The notes beneath the pieces were generated by a model. That model saw only the letters and a program-made list of their open reading frames with translations. It was not told the DNA's origin and did not search any database. From Patescibacteria group bacterium (GTDB lineage Bacteria; Patescibacteriota; Minisyncoccia; RBG-13-40-8-A), in NCBI GenBank assembly GCA_018829905.1, contig JAHJST010000014.1:1-48430 (forward strand): DNA of 48,430 nt, given 5' to 3'. Every line of letters begins with the position of its first letter. The first letter of the stretch is position 1. A program made the position numbers and the translations under genes. Below are positions 30,770 to 40,000 of the stretch, piece by piece.

Positions 30770-31102
30770 TTATAATTTTAAGTCTTCGACTACCTTGTCA
30801 ACATCCTTTTTACCAGCATCATCTCTTTCAACTGGTTTTCTGGTACTTCCTTCTGGTTCCTCAATCTTTAGATTAACGCGAGCATTATTTCTAAGACCTA
30901 TGATTCTAGTTAGACCTCTAAGAGCTCTAGCTGTAGAACCAGCACGTCCAATTAATGCACCCATGTCTTCTGCGTTAACTCTAACAGTTAAAAGAACACC
31001 CATTTCGTCAACCTTACGGTCAACTTTGACATCATTAGGATTGTTAACAATGCTCTTGACTACGAATTCTACGAATTCTTGATCTTGTGGTTTTGCAGCC
31101 AT
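30770..31102 (-). CDS. KH-domain RNA-binding protein (YlqC/UPF0109 family)
   Basis: 110 aa with a GxxG-type loop (LIGRAGSTARALR). It sits in the conserved position after rpsP. Confidence 0.85.
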   Translation of the reverse strand: MAAKPQDQEFVEFVVKSIVNNPNDVKVDRKVDEMGVLLTVRVNAEDMGALIGRAGSTARALRGLTRIIGLRNNARVNLKIEEPEGSTRKPVERDDAGKKDVDKVVEDLKL

Positions 31103-31213
31103 AATATTATAACATCATTAATTAATTCTGATTTATAGATAACGACCTTTTTCAGTGTTTCTGACTAACAGAAACGTACTACTAACTATATTTAAATTAT
31201 ATTCTATTTTAAA

Positions 31214-31762
31214 TTATTTGTCAACAATTTCTTCTTTTAATTCCTCTTTAACTTCTTGAGCTTCTTGTTTTACTTGTTCTGCTACTTGTTCTGGCTTAGT
31301 TTTTTCTTCAACAAGTTCTTGTTTTTCTTCTTTTGGAGTTTCTTCTGGTTTAATTTCATTTGGTTTTTCTTCAGCTGGCTTCTGTTCTTCTTCTGGCTTG
31401 ACTTCTTCCTTTATTTCTTCTGGCTTAACTTCTTCTGAAGGAGTTTCTTCTGTGGTAACTCCTAGTTTTTTAGCAGGCTTTTCTTCTTTTGTTTTTTTCT
31501 TTGGTCTCCATGCTTTTACTTTTTCTCCTTCAATAATTTTATCAGTAATTAATAAATTATGAACAGTAGGAGAAACTTTAGCGCCCATAGAAATCCAATG
31601 TTTGATTCTATCAGCTTTAAATGCTCTTTCTTTTAATCTAGGATTATATGATCCAAGTATTTCAATAAACTTCCCTTTTGGCTTAGAAGTGTGTTCAGCT
31701 AAAACAACCCTATAACTAGGGGCGTTTTTTTTACCTACCTTTTGCAAACGTATTTTTAACAT
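31214..31762 (-). CDS. rpsP: 30S ribosomal protein S16 with a long Glu/Lys/Pro-rich C-terminal extension
   Basis: The N-terminal 85 aa (MLKIRLQKVGKKNAPSYRVV...) are S16. A low-complexity tail of about 95 aa (EEVKPEE repeats) follows. Confidence 0.93.
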   Translation of the reverse strand: MLKIRLQKVGKKNAPSYRVVLAEHTSKPKGKFIEILGSYNPRLKERAFKADRIKHWISMGAKVSPTVHNLLITDKIIEGEKVKAWRPKKKTKEEKPAKKLGVTTEETPSEEVKPEEIKEEVKPEEEQKPAEEKPNEIKPEETPKEEKQELVEEKTKPEQVAEQVKQEAQEVKEELKEEIVDK

Positions 31763-31769
31763 ATTAATA

Positions 31770-31798
31770 AATGTAGCAGATAATAAAATTTAATGCAA
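31770..31798 (-). promoter_or_regulatory. rpsP promoter with leaderless geometry
   Basis: TTGCAT (31793-31798), a 17-nt spacer, TACATT (31770-31775), then 7 nt to the ATG at 31762. No SD is present. Confidence 0.55.
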
Positions 31799-31830
31799 GA
31801 AAAGGGGTTGGGAATAAAATTCCCAACCCA
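31795..31830 (-). terminator. Rho-independent terminator
   Basis: The stem gggttgggaat pairs with attcccaaccc, followed by a T-run on the minus strand. Confidence 0.8.
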
Positions 31831-31840
31831 GTTGCGCTCT

Positions 31841-32224
31841 TTAGTTATTATTAGTTATGGATTTTATCAATTCTTCTTTGTCTGTCTTTTCTGCTTTTTC
31901 AATTGCTGCATTTATTTCTTCTTTTATTTTTCTCATTAATTTTCTTGGAATAAAAAAGCTTGTTGAATTAATACGTATTTCTTTATTATTACCATAAGGA
32001 TTAATAATAATTTTCGTATTATGCATTTTAAAACCACATGCCCAGCTTGAAAGTACAAATTTTCTAAAATCATCTTTATAGCTTCTTATAAACTCAATAA
32101 TTTCTTCGACAATCAAAATTATTTCTCTCTTTTCTTTTTCTTTTTTCTTAATTCTTTCTCCTTTTTTCTTTTTGTTTCCAAGATGCCAACTAACAATATT
32201 GTTAATAATTTTTTCTAAACCCAT
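31841..32224 (-). CDS. Hypothetical protein
   Basis: I trimmed the start to the ATG at 32224, which follows an AAAGGAGG SD. A TTGACT-16-TATAAT promoter lies upstream, with its -10 near 32243. Confidence 0.65.
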   Translation of the reverse strand: MGLEKIINNIVSWHLGNKKKKGERIKKKEKEKREIILIVEEIIEFIRSYKDDFRKFVLSSWACGFKMHNTKIIINPYGNNKEIRINSTSFFIPRKLMRKIKEEINAAIEKAEKTDKEELIKSITNNN

Positions 32225-32321
32225 AATTACCTCCTTTGTTGTATTATACACAAATACATAAAAAAGTCAACCCCAAAATACAAAAAACCGCATATACTAA
32301 TATATACAATTTTCTAAAATC

Positions 32322-33008
32322 TTAATTCCAACTTTTTTTATCTAAAGCTTTTTTAGCAGCATTTTCTTGAGCTGCTTGTTTAGATGGTCCTTGTCCTTTA
32401 GCAATTAATTCATCTTCTAAATAAACACCTACTTGAAATTCTTTATCATGATCAGGCCCATCTTCTTTAATTAATTCATAATTAGGAGTTATTCCTAATT
32501 TAGATTGAGATTGTTCTTGAAAATGTGATTTAGGATCAATGTATAATTTTTCATCTAAAACTCTTTTTAATTCAGATAATATATTATTATCAATAAATTC
32601 TTTTACTTTGTCATATCCTTGATCTAAATAAATAGCACCAATTACTGCTTCTATTATATTGGCTAAAATAAATTGTCTTGCTCTTCCTTGTTCTGCTTGT
32701 TCTCCTTTTGATAATAGCAAATAATCATTAAATCCTAATTTATTAGATATTTCTGATAACATTCTACTATTTACCAAAGCAGCTCTCCAACAAGTTAATT
32801 CTCCTTCTGGATTTGGGTAATTATTAAAAAGATGCTCTGTTATTATTAATTCCAACACAGCATCACCTAAAAATTCTAATCGTTCGTTATGATTTAATTT
32901 TAATCCAGGATTCTCATTAATATATGAACGATGAATAAAAGCTTGTTTTATTAAATCTTTATTCTTAAATTCTAAATTAAGCTTTTTTTCTAATTTTTCT
33001 ATTTCCAT
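32322..33008 (-). CDS. rnc: Ribonuclease III
   Basis: Contains the signature NERLEFLGDAVL and a C-terminal dsRBD (GPDHDKEF...GQGPSKQAAQENAAKKAL). I chose the ATG at 33008 as the start; the ORF-track start is a TTG. Confidence 0.94.
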   Translation of the reverse strand: MEIEKLEKKLNLEFKNKDLIKQAFIHRSYINENPGLKLNHNERLEFLGDAVLELIITEHLFNNYPNPEGELTCWRAALVNSRMLSEISNKLGFNDYLLLSKGEQAEQGRARQFILANIIEAVIGAIYLDQGYDKVKEFIDNNILSELKRVLDEKLYIDPKSHFQEQSQSKLGITPNYELIKEDGPDHDKEFQVGVYLEDELIAKGQGPSKQAAQENAAKKALDKKSWN

Positions 33009-33036
33009 ATTTTTAAAAAAACACAAGCTTCAAATG

Positions 33037-33489
33037 TTAATCCTTTTTAACACCTGAATCTTTAGTTTTTTCTAGTTCTCGATAAATAGTTCCTAATACT
33101 CCGTTAATAAATCTACCAGAAGATTCTCCTCCATAGCTTTTAGCTAATTCAATTGCTTCGTTTATAGCTACCTTTGGAGGAACTTCTTTTTCATCTCCGA
33201 ATAACAATTCAAAGATTCCTATTCTTAAAACATTTCTATCAATAATAGTTATTTGTTCTAATGGCCATTCAGGAGCAGACTTTTCAATTATTTTATCTAT
33301 TTTTTCTCTATGTTTTAAAACTCCTTCAGAAAGAGATTTAATAAAATCTTTTTCATCTTCAGCTCCTTTTCCGAATTCTTCCATATTTTTTTTAATAATA
33401 AGATCTATTTCAAGATTTTTCTTTTTATTAAAATCCCACTCATAAAGAGATTGAAGAACAATTGAACGAGCTATATGACGTGAAGACAT
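33037..33489 (-). CDS. nusB: Transcription antitermination factor NusB
   Basis: 150 aa with [17 protein letters not shown] at the N-terminus and [25 protein letters not shown]. Confidence 0.9.
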   Translation of the reverse strand: MSSRHIARSIVLQSLYEWDFNKKKNLEIDLIIKKNMEEFGKGAEDEKDFIKSLSEGVLKHREKIDKIIEKSAPEWPLEQITIIDRNVLRIGIFELLFGDEKEVPPKVAINEAIELAKSYGGESSGRFINGVLGTIYRELEKTKDSGVKKD

Positions 33490-33492
33490 AAT

Positions 33493-33780
33493 TTATTGTT
33501 TTTTAGATAATTCTTTTAAATCTAATGGTTTATCTTGTTTTTGCTCTTTTTCTTGTGATTCTAATTCTTTTGCTTTTAATTTCTTTTCTTTTTTCTCTAA
33601 TTTAGCTAATACATCAATAACCATTCTACCTTTGTATGTACCACAATTATTACAAGCATGATGTGATAAAATAGGCTCTCCACATTTTGGACATGAAGAG
33701 AGATTTTTTTTCTTTAAAGCCAAATGGCTTCTTCTTCTATTTCTTCTTGATTTTGTGTGTCTTTTCTTTGGAACTGCCAT
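33493..33780 (-). CDS. rpmF: 50S ribosomal protein L32 with a Lys/Glu-rich C-terminal extension
   Basis: MAVPKKRHTKSRRNRRRSH...CPKCGEP...CNNCG, followed by a charged tail of about 35 aa. Confidence 0.9.
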   Translation of the reverse strand: MAVPKKRHTKSRRNRRRSHLALKKKNLSSCPKCGEPILSHHACNNCGTYKGRMVIDVLAKLEKKEKKLKAKELESQEKEQKQDKPLDLKELSKKQ

Positions 33781-33881
33781 AATATATTTAATATATCAGA
33801 TAATTAAAATTTGTGCAAATTTTGTTATTTAATAAATTCATTATTATCTTACAACTAATAAAACAATCAAGTCAAAAAAAC

Positions 33882-34024
33882 TTGCATTAAGATTTAAATG
33901 AGATATAATTAATATATAGGTCCTCCCGGCTTGCTCTTTTGTTCTCTCCCTTTTTAAGGCACAGGCAAGGCACCTTGTCGGCACGACCTAAACAAAAATC
34001 CTCGATTTTACTCGAGGTTTTTTG
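33882..34024 (+). ncRNA. Candidate small RNA (about 108 nt) with its own promoter and terminator
   Basis: TTGCAT (33882-33887), a 16-nt spacer, then TATAAT (33904-33909). The predicted TSS is near 33916. The body is AGGTCCTCCCGGC...GTCGGCACGACCT, whose ends pair with G-U pairs that only work on the plus strand. The terminator is cctcga/tcgagg (34000-34017) plus a T-run. Local GC is above background. Confidence 0.5.
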
Positions 34025-34050
34025 TTACAAGGATTTTATTTAACAAATGC

Positions 34051-34227
34051 TTATTTCTTTTCTTTTTTTCTTCTCAATGATCCACCAGAAGTTCCCACTT
34101 CGAACGAAACCGAACCCTTCGGCCAAATCCTTGCTAAGTCTTCTTTGGAAATCGCTGTCCCGTCCTTTATCGACTGCTCGTTCAACTTCCTTACTCTCTC
34201 GTGTAATTTCTCTAATTCTGTTGTCAT
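34051..34227 (-). CDS. Possible 58-aa ORF downstream of the SAM riboswitch
   Basis: This ORF is absent from the ORF track because it is shorter than 60 aa. It translates as MTTELEKLHERVRKLNEQSIKDGTAISKEDLARIWPKGSVSFEVGTSGGSLRRKKEKK. It has no SD. Its coding status is uncertain. Confidence 0.35.
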   Translation of the reverse strand: MTTELEKLHERVRKLNEQSIKDGTAISKEDLARIWPKGSVSFEVGTSGGSLRRKKEKK

Positions 34228-34250
34228 AATTTTCTTTTATAATTAATAAT

Positions 34251-34279
34251 TAAAAAACTCTTTCCGCGAGGAAAGAGTA
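34251..34279 (-). terminator. Expression-platform terminator of the SAM riboswitch
   Basis: The minus strand reads ACTCTTTCC-TCGC-GGAAAGAGT followed by TTTTTT. The upstream aptamer 3' segment GGGGAAAGAT can alternatively pair with CTCTTTCC. Confidence 0.7.
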
Positions 34280-34289
34280 ATAAAAAAAT

Positions 34290-34402
34290 CGACCTTTATC
34301 TTTCCCCTTATGGGGCTGGAGTTAGCACCTTCTTTAAAAAATCACCTTAAAGGGTTGCTGACGGGTCGTAGAGCCAGAACTCTCACCGCACTCTTGATAA
34401 TT
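34290..34402 (-). promoter_or_regulatory. SAM-I (S-box) riboswitch aptamer
   Basis: The minus strand reads TTATCAAGAG-TGCGGTGAGAGTTCTGGCTCTACGACCCGTCAGCAACC-(P3)-AAGGTGCTAACTCCAGCCCCATAAGGGGAAAGATAA. This matches the conserved S-box strings AUCAAGAG, CUGGC, GCAACC, GGUGCUAAxUCC and AAAGAUxA, and P1 is TTATC/GATAA. A TTGACA-17-TAAACT promoter lies at about 34425-34452. Confidence 0.75.
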
Positions 34403-34466
34403 ATTATTTAATTGTATGTATTTAGTTTAATTTATAATAAATGGTTTGTCAAATTTTTAATTAATT

Positions 34467-35330
34467 TTATTTTTTTAATAAGAATTTTTTAGAAAATTCA
34501 ATAATATCTTTTTTTTGATAAATAATATCTGGTTCTATTTTTGTTTTTTCAATAGGTCTTTTTCTTCCTTTAAGATAAAATCTCCACCTTGGTATTCTGG
34601 CATTATAATTCTTATTATCAAATTCAACATTTATGCTTATAGGATTAGCGCTACCACCTCTTGTTCTTTCTCCTATTGAGGCTGCTCTTTTACTTATTTT
34701 AAATGGAGCAATAAACAATTCATTAGAACTAAAACATAGATTATTAATAAGAATAACGATTGGAATATCTATATAAATCTTTTTATTTTTCTCAAGAACA
34801 TATGGTCTCTTTTTTATTTTATTTCCTTGTTTTCCTGCTAAATAACCAAATGTTACATCTTTATTAAAAAAAATACCAGAAAAATCATGAGCAATTCTAG
34901 AATTTCCACCTTGATTGTTTCTTACGTCTATAATAATCCCCTTATATCTTTTAATCTCTTTTTCACATAATTTAATTAAATCTTTGGCAAATTTTAAACC
35001 ATCATCTAATTTTGTAGTAGTCCAAGAAGGAATTTTTAGATATAGGATATTATTATCAATGCTATATTCAAAATATTTTTTAGGACTCTTTTTTTTAAAA
35101 GAACCTTCAATAACATTGGCATGAGGATTATTTAAATTTTTCATTAATCGTTTAAGTGTTTTTATTGGATCATTAATAAAAAAAGATTTATTATTAATAA
35201 TCTTTTCTGATTTTTTTTCAAATGCTTTTTTCTCTAAACTATTTAAAAAAGGATAAATCTGTAGAATCTCCTTATAAATTTCTTTAAATTTTTTCCAATT
35301 AAGGATTTTATTTTCTTTTTTGTTTAACAT
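34467..35330 (-). CDS. S41-family (C-terminal processing/tail-specific) peptidase-like protein
   Basis: 287 aa. IIIDVRNNQGGNS and ILINNLCFSSNELF resemble the S41 catalytic Ser/Lys regions. Confidence 0.55.
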   Translation of the reverse strand: MLNKKENKILNWKKFKEIYKEILQIYPFLNSLEKKAFEKKSEKIINNKSFFINDPIKTLKRLMKNLNNPHANVIEGSFKKKSPKKYFEYSIDNNILYLKIPSWTTTKLDDGLKFAKDLIKLCEKEIKRYKGIIIDVRNNQGGNSRIAHDFSGIFFNKDVTFGYLAGKQGNKIKKRPYVLEKNKKIYIDIPIVILINNLCFSSNELFIAPFKISKRAASIGERTRGGSANPISINVEFDNKNYNARIPRWRFYLKGRKRPIEKTKIEPDIIYQKKDIIEFSKKFLLKK

Positions 35331-35406
35331 ATATTATTGTTTTTAAATAATCGATTAACATCATCCTCCGCGGATGGGACGATTTTTAAACTTTTGTGGT
35401 CATGAA

Positions 35407-36099
35407 TTATTTACCAATAGTTTCCCATGGTGCTTCGTGACATTTTTCTGATTTCTCTAATCTCACTAATTCTGGTTTTGACACCCTTCTACTATAAAGC
35501 ACATCAGGTTTTCCAGATTTTTTAAATAAATCAATTGCTTCTCCAATATTCACATTAATTTTTTTAATTTTAGGATTAATAATGACTACCCTTGCTATAG
35601 TATCAGGGCGTCTTTGAGTTTCTTGTATCGTCCAAACAGGAAAGGGAATTTCATTTTTATTTAAATAGTCTCTTATTAATTTATATTCACTTTCAACATT
35701 TAGTCCTATGCCTATATTTACTGCTAAAATATATTCTTCAGACAAAGTATTAATATTCGGCTTAACTTTGGTTCTCTTAAGCTGTTCAAGTAATGATTCT
35801 TTCGGTTCTCCAATATATGAAGTAATTTCTACAAGATAAAGAAGATTTGTCCCCTTGGGCTCTATAAAAGGCTGCATAAGTATGACATCGGGAGGGTCTG
35901 GTTTGTAAAGCTGAAGATAAGTTGGTTCTCCTGTTCTCTGAAAAAGTATTGATGCCATAACAAATCCCACATTTGCTTCTCTTACATTTTGATATTCAGT
36001 TTTTTTATCAACGACATCATAACCTATTTTCTTGATAAGTTTTTGTATGTGCCAATAGGTATTCACCGGCGAGTGCCAAGTTTTACTAGTATTTATCAT
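35407..36099 (-). CDS. Hypothetical protein, last gene of the methylase-helicase operon (possible PD-(D/E)xK-like fold)
   Basis: 230 aa. KPDPPDVIL...LYLVEITSY is loosely nuclease-like. It starts 31 nt after the preceding gene. Confidence 0.6.
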   Translation of the reverse strand: MINTSKTWHSPVNTYWHIQKLIKKIGYDVVDKKTEYQNVREANVGFVMASILFQRTGEPTYLQLYKPDPPDVILMQPFIEPKGTNLLYLVEITSYIGEPKESLLEQLKRTKVKPNINTLSEEYILAVNIGIGLNVESEYKLIRDYLNKNEIPFPVWTIQETQRRPDTIARVVIINPKIKKINVNIGEAIDLFKKSGKPDVLYSRRVSKPELVRLEKSEKCHEAPWETIGK

Positions 36100-36130
36100 A
36101 TTTTACATTTGTTATATTAATTCACTAATT

Positions 36131-37003
36131 CTATTTATTATTTTTTGTCTTATTGTCTAATTCTTTTTGTTTTAAAAACGCCTCTAAAGAATGTGATTGT
36201 TCTACTCTTAAAATATTTTTTAAAAAATCTTCTTCTATTTTGTTAACTTGTCTTTCGGAAATATTTTTGAATACATCTGAAACTTCTTGTGCTCTATCTA
36301 GAATAAACCTTCCAAAAAGACCATCCTTAACTAATTGTTTGGTTTTTACCCTTCCTGACTTTTTAATCTTTGTTCCTTTCCATAATCTATTTTTCGGAGG
36401 AGATATAAAAGAAACAATAATAATTTTGCATAATTTGTTATAAATAAATATTATTTTATTATTTTGTGAATGAACCAACGTTCCATCTGTTGCTCTTCCT
36501 AAATACCATTGAATTTTTTCTGGAATAATTTCAGTATTAACATTATATGCATAATCAATAAAAAAAATATGGTGCTGATAAGGTTTTGTATTTTTTATTC
36601 TTCCATTTAAAAATGCTCTGTATGTAGCCTCTGCATTTATAACCCACTCTAACTCCTTATATTTATCAAAATGATTAATCAATGTTCTCCAAGATAAAGA
36701 AACAGCAAACTTAAGTAATTCATTTTTATAATTAGATGTCACCTTTTTCCTATTATGATAGGGATAAAAAATATTTTTTGAAAACCAAGTTTCATGTTTT
36801 GAAAAGGAAACCTCGCAATCTATGCATAAAAGAAACTTTTTTTCGGCATCTTGAATCCTTTTATTTGGAGCTATGGCTGATCTAAGTCTTTTTGTTATAG
36901 AGCTTTCTTTTAAATATTTTATAACGAAAGCTGGAATTATATGACTTCTCTTTAATGGTTTGGTAAAACCACAAAGAAAACATTTTCTATTATTGTTTTT
37001 CAT
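36131..37003 (-). CDS. Hypothetical protein with an N-terminal HNH-like/zinc-finger motif
   Basis: 290 aa with CFLCG-x8-SHIIP ... LLCIDCEVSFSKHE (two CxxC pairs flanking an H-I-I-P). Its start overlaps the methylase stop by 14 nt. Confidence 0.65.
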   Translation of the reverse strand: MKNNNRKCFLCGFTKPLKRSHIIPAFVIKYLKESSITKRLRSAIAPNKRIQDAEKKFLLCIDCEVSFSKHETWFSKNIFYPYHNRKKVTSNYKNELLKFAVSLSWRTLINHFDKYKELEWVINAEATYRAFLNGRIKNTKPYQHHIFFIDYAYNVNTEIIPEKIQWYLGRATDGTLVHSQNNKIIFIYNKLCKIIIVSFISPPKNRLWKGTKIKKSGRVKTKQLVKDGLFGRFILDRAQEVSDVFKNISERQVNKIEEDFLKNILRVEQSHSLEAFLKQKELDNKTKNNK

Positions 37004-40000
37004 TTAGCTCAACTGTTTTAATTTCCTCTTTTTTTAATCCATATAATTTATAAACTAATTGATCAATTTGTTTTTCGTATTCATGAACTTTATCTTGCTT
37101 TCTTGGATTATTCATATAATCGTTTTCATGAGTGATGACGAGAATTTGCCGGACAAGATTCGATATTTTTATTTGTTCAGCTTTGCTTGCAATTACAAGA
37201 GGGAGTTTTTTTACATGAGTTAGTTTAACTTGAGGGAAGACTCTACCAGCTTCCTTTACTAAAACATTATACTCTCTCTCAATATAATGTGAATTTACTA
37301 CACCTAAGATATAATATATATCTAGCTTTGATTTATAATCCTCTTTTATGAATGCACACTGAATCGTATTTCTGAACCAACGGCTACTTGTATCTAGTGT
37401 AGCTCGAAGGCAGGACGCGGTTTGTCTCCACAGTATCTTTGGAGACATAGTAAAGACCTCTCGGGTAAAACTTACACTCTCATTACTTTTTAGTATATCA
37501 CGATAATCTAAGTTAAAATATTCGTCTGTTTGTGATGCAATGCGCCACTTATCTATTAATCTACCGTACCATACTGGAATGCTATTATTAAATTGTTTTG
37601 GGTTACTATTAAATAATCGTTCGTAAAGATCATTCCCACCTTTGTTTTTTAAACCTATGCCCGATCGATGGTATTGTATGCCTGCGTCTCTAATCTCAAG
37701 TGTATCTGAAAATAAAACTTCATTCTCACGTAACGATCTTCCCCAAAATAAGCTCATATCCTTTGCTGCAAAAACTTGTTGCAAAAGAATTTCTTGAAAG
37801 GCGACATTATCAAGACTTCCTGCAAACTTACTTCCTTCACTCATGTCAGCAAAAAGATAAGTATTACATGGTTGCGATCGCACAATAAACGATAATGCCG
37901 TAGGAACAATAATATTCTCAAAGACTTCTTCACCCAAATTTACAATTTTGAGAATCCGAAATTGTAAAATAACACTGCGTATATCTTTGTATCTTGGCTG
38001 GGCAAGGAACGTGTTGGGAGTAATAAAGGCTTGAATTCCATTATTTCTTAATTTCCGAAGTCCTAATTGTATAAACATTTTGTAAACGTCGGCATAATTC
38101 TTAATCGCATCTTGGTAGAGAGGTCGTAGCACGGGCAAGATCTCATCAATATTTGCCCCATATGGTGGATTCGCAATCATTACATCAAATCCACCCTTCT
38201 CGTGAAAAACTTCTGAGAAATATACCTCATAATCAAAATCCTTGAGGCCATTGGTGATCTTGCTGATAAGTTCGTCAATTTGCTCTTTGTATGCCTGTTT
38301 TCTACTCACGCTGGTTTCGTTGAAATAAAGCGGCTTGAGTTTTTCGAGCCGGTTGAATAGCTCCTGGTTAAACAAGGTTTTCTCAATACTCAAAAGTGAA
38401 TCACCATGCACGATTTTGTAATTAAGGTTCGGTAATGGTTGAATTGTTTTTCTGTCTTCCTCATCTACTACAAGTGAAAGCCATAATCGAAGCTTGGCAA
38501 TTTCTACAGCTCCTTGATCAATATCTACTCCATAGAGACAGTTTTGTATGGCGTGACGCTTAAAATTGTATGGATTTCTTTCACCATCCTTGCCGATGTA
38601 AGGCGTTAAAACATTTCGGGTTCTGATAATTTCCTTCATCATGCCAACTGGAAAAGCACCTGAACCTACAGCGGGATCGCACACACGGATTGACTTCAAC
38701 TTTTCATCAATTAGCTTGGCGTGTTTGCGTATATTCTCGGAAAGACTAAAACTGTAGCGATCAGTTTCGCGTCCCTCATTTACTACTCGGCTTTCATACT
38801 CAATAACGGCCTCGCCGTATTTAATCATCGTTTCGATATCTTCCTTACTAACTTTGCCTTCAAGTTCAGTCACCAAATAATAAGTTAAACTTTCTCGACA
38901 CATATAGTGGACAACTTCTCTGGGTGTATAGTAAGTTCCTCTTGATTTTCTGTCTTTAACCTCTAAAAGATTTTCAAATACTTTTCCAAGCATTTCTGGA
39001 TCTACGGCAACTTCTTTTTCTAATGGTTCATCTTCTTTAACTGTAAAATTATATCGATCGAAAACATCTAGAATACCAGTACCAATATCGCCTTGTTTTG
39101 TTTTTTCATTATTTGAAAACAATTCATTTAATAATTCTATATCTGTATCTTGCCAATCATAATCATTTAATGGATCAAAAAGCCCACCATTTAGAAATGG
39201 TATCCGACATTTAAACTGAGCATAATAATCTTTAGGTCTTTCTAGTCGAAGCACCTCATAAAAAAGTGGTTCTAAAACATCATTAAAAAAATTCTTATAA
39301 TCAGCATGCTTTTTTTCAAAAAGTTGACGCAAAAAATCCTTTGGCCCGGTTCCCCAATTTTCATTACGCCCAACGCCAAACCAACCCTTTTTTTGCAAAA
39401 AATATAAAAATACAATTTGACCCAAAAGCTTTTTTGCAAAATCAACAGAATCAACTTTTTTTTGCACAAAATCTTTCTTAATTGCAGAATCTTTTTTAAT
39501 AATCTCATCAAGCCCTTCTTTAAGTCCCCAAAAAAGATCACGATACCTTTCAAAAAATTCCTTTGTGACTTTTTCAACACTGAATGCTTCTTCTAATTCT
39601 TTAAGCGTTGGATCATTAGAATCATCTTGCAAAATTGGCGCTAATCTACTTTGAGCAGTATGACTATTTTCATTTTCACCAACCAAAAAAGAAAATCGCC
39701 TAGCAGGCGTTAGCTCTTGCTTAACCCTCACCCTTTCTCCAGAAGTATCAATTTTATAATCCATTTTAACCAAAGAAAATCGCCAATCTTCTGAATCAGG
39801 TGAAACAAAGGCAACCAGGGCTGCATCCTTTAAAATATCTCCCCTACTACCATTTAAATACCAAGCAATAAAATTTCTTTGCATTGTACGAGCTCGCTCA
39901 AGAGATGTTTCTTTTTTAAGTTGGACAATCAATATATCAATCTTATTGTCATCTACATCTTCATATTTTCCAATTCTTTCTAGGGTTTGTATATATGGCT

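Noticed and set aside
33916-34024. Calling the plus-strand sRNA candidate 4.5S/SRP RNA.
   Set aside because: The 5' GGUCCUCCCGGC resembles the start of SRP RNA. However, the universally conserved helix 8 motif (CC-GGAA-GG...AGCAGC) is absent on both strands.
34022-34246. Two overlapping plus-strand ORFs of 74 and 60 aa.
   Set aside because: They are low-complexity Leu/Ser/Phe translations with no SD or promoter. The minus strand has a riboswitch pointing into a more plausible 58-aa ORF.
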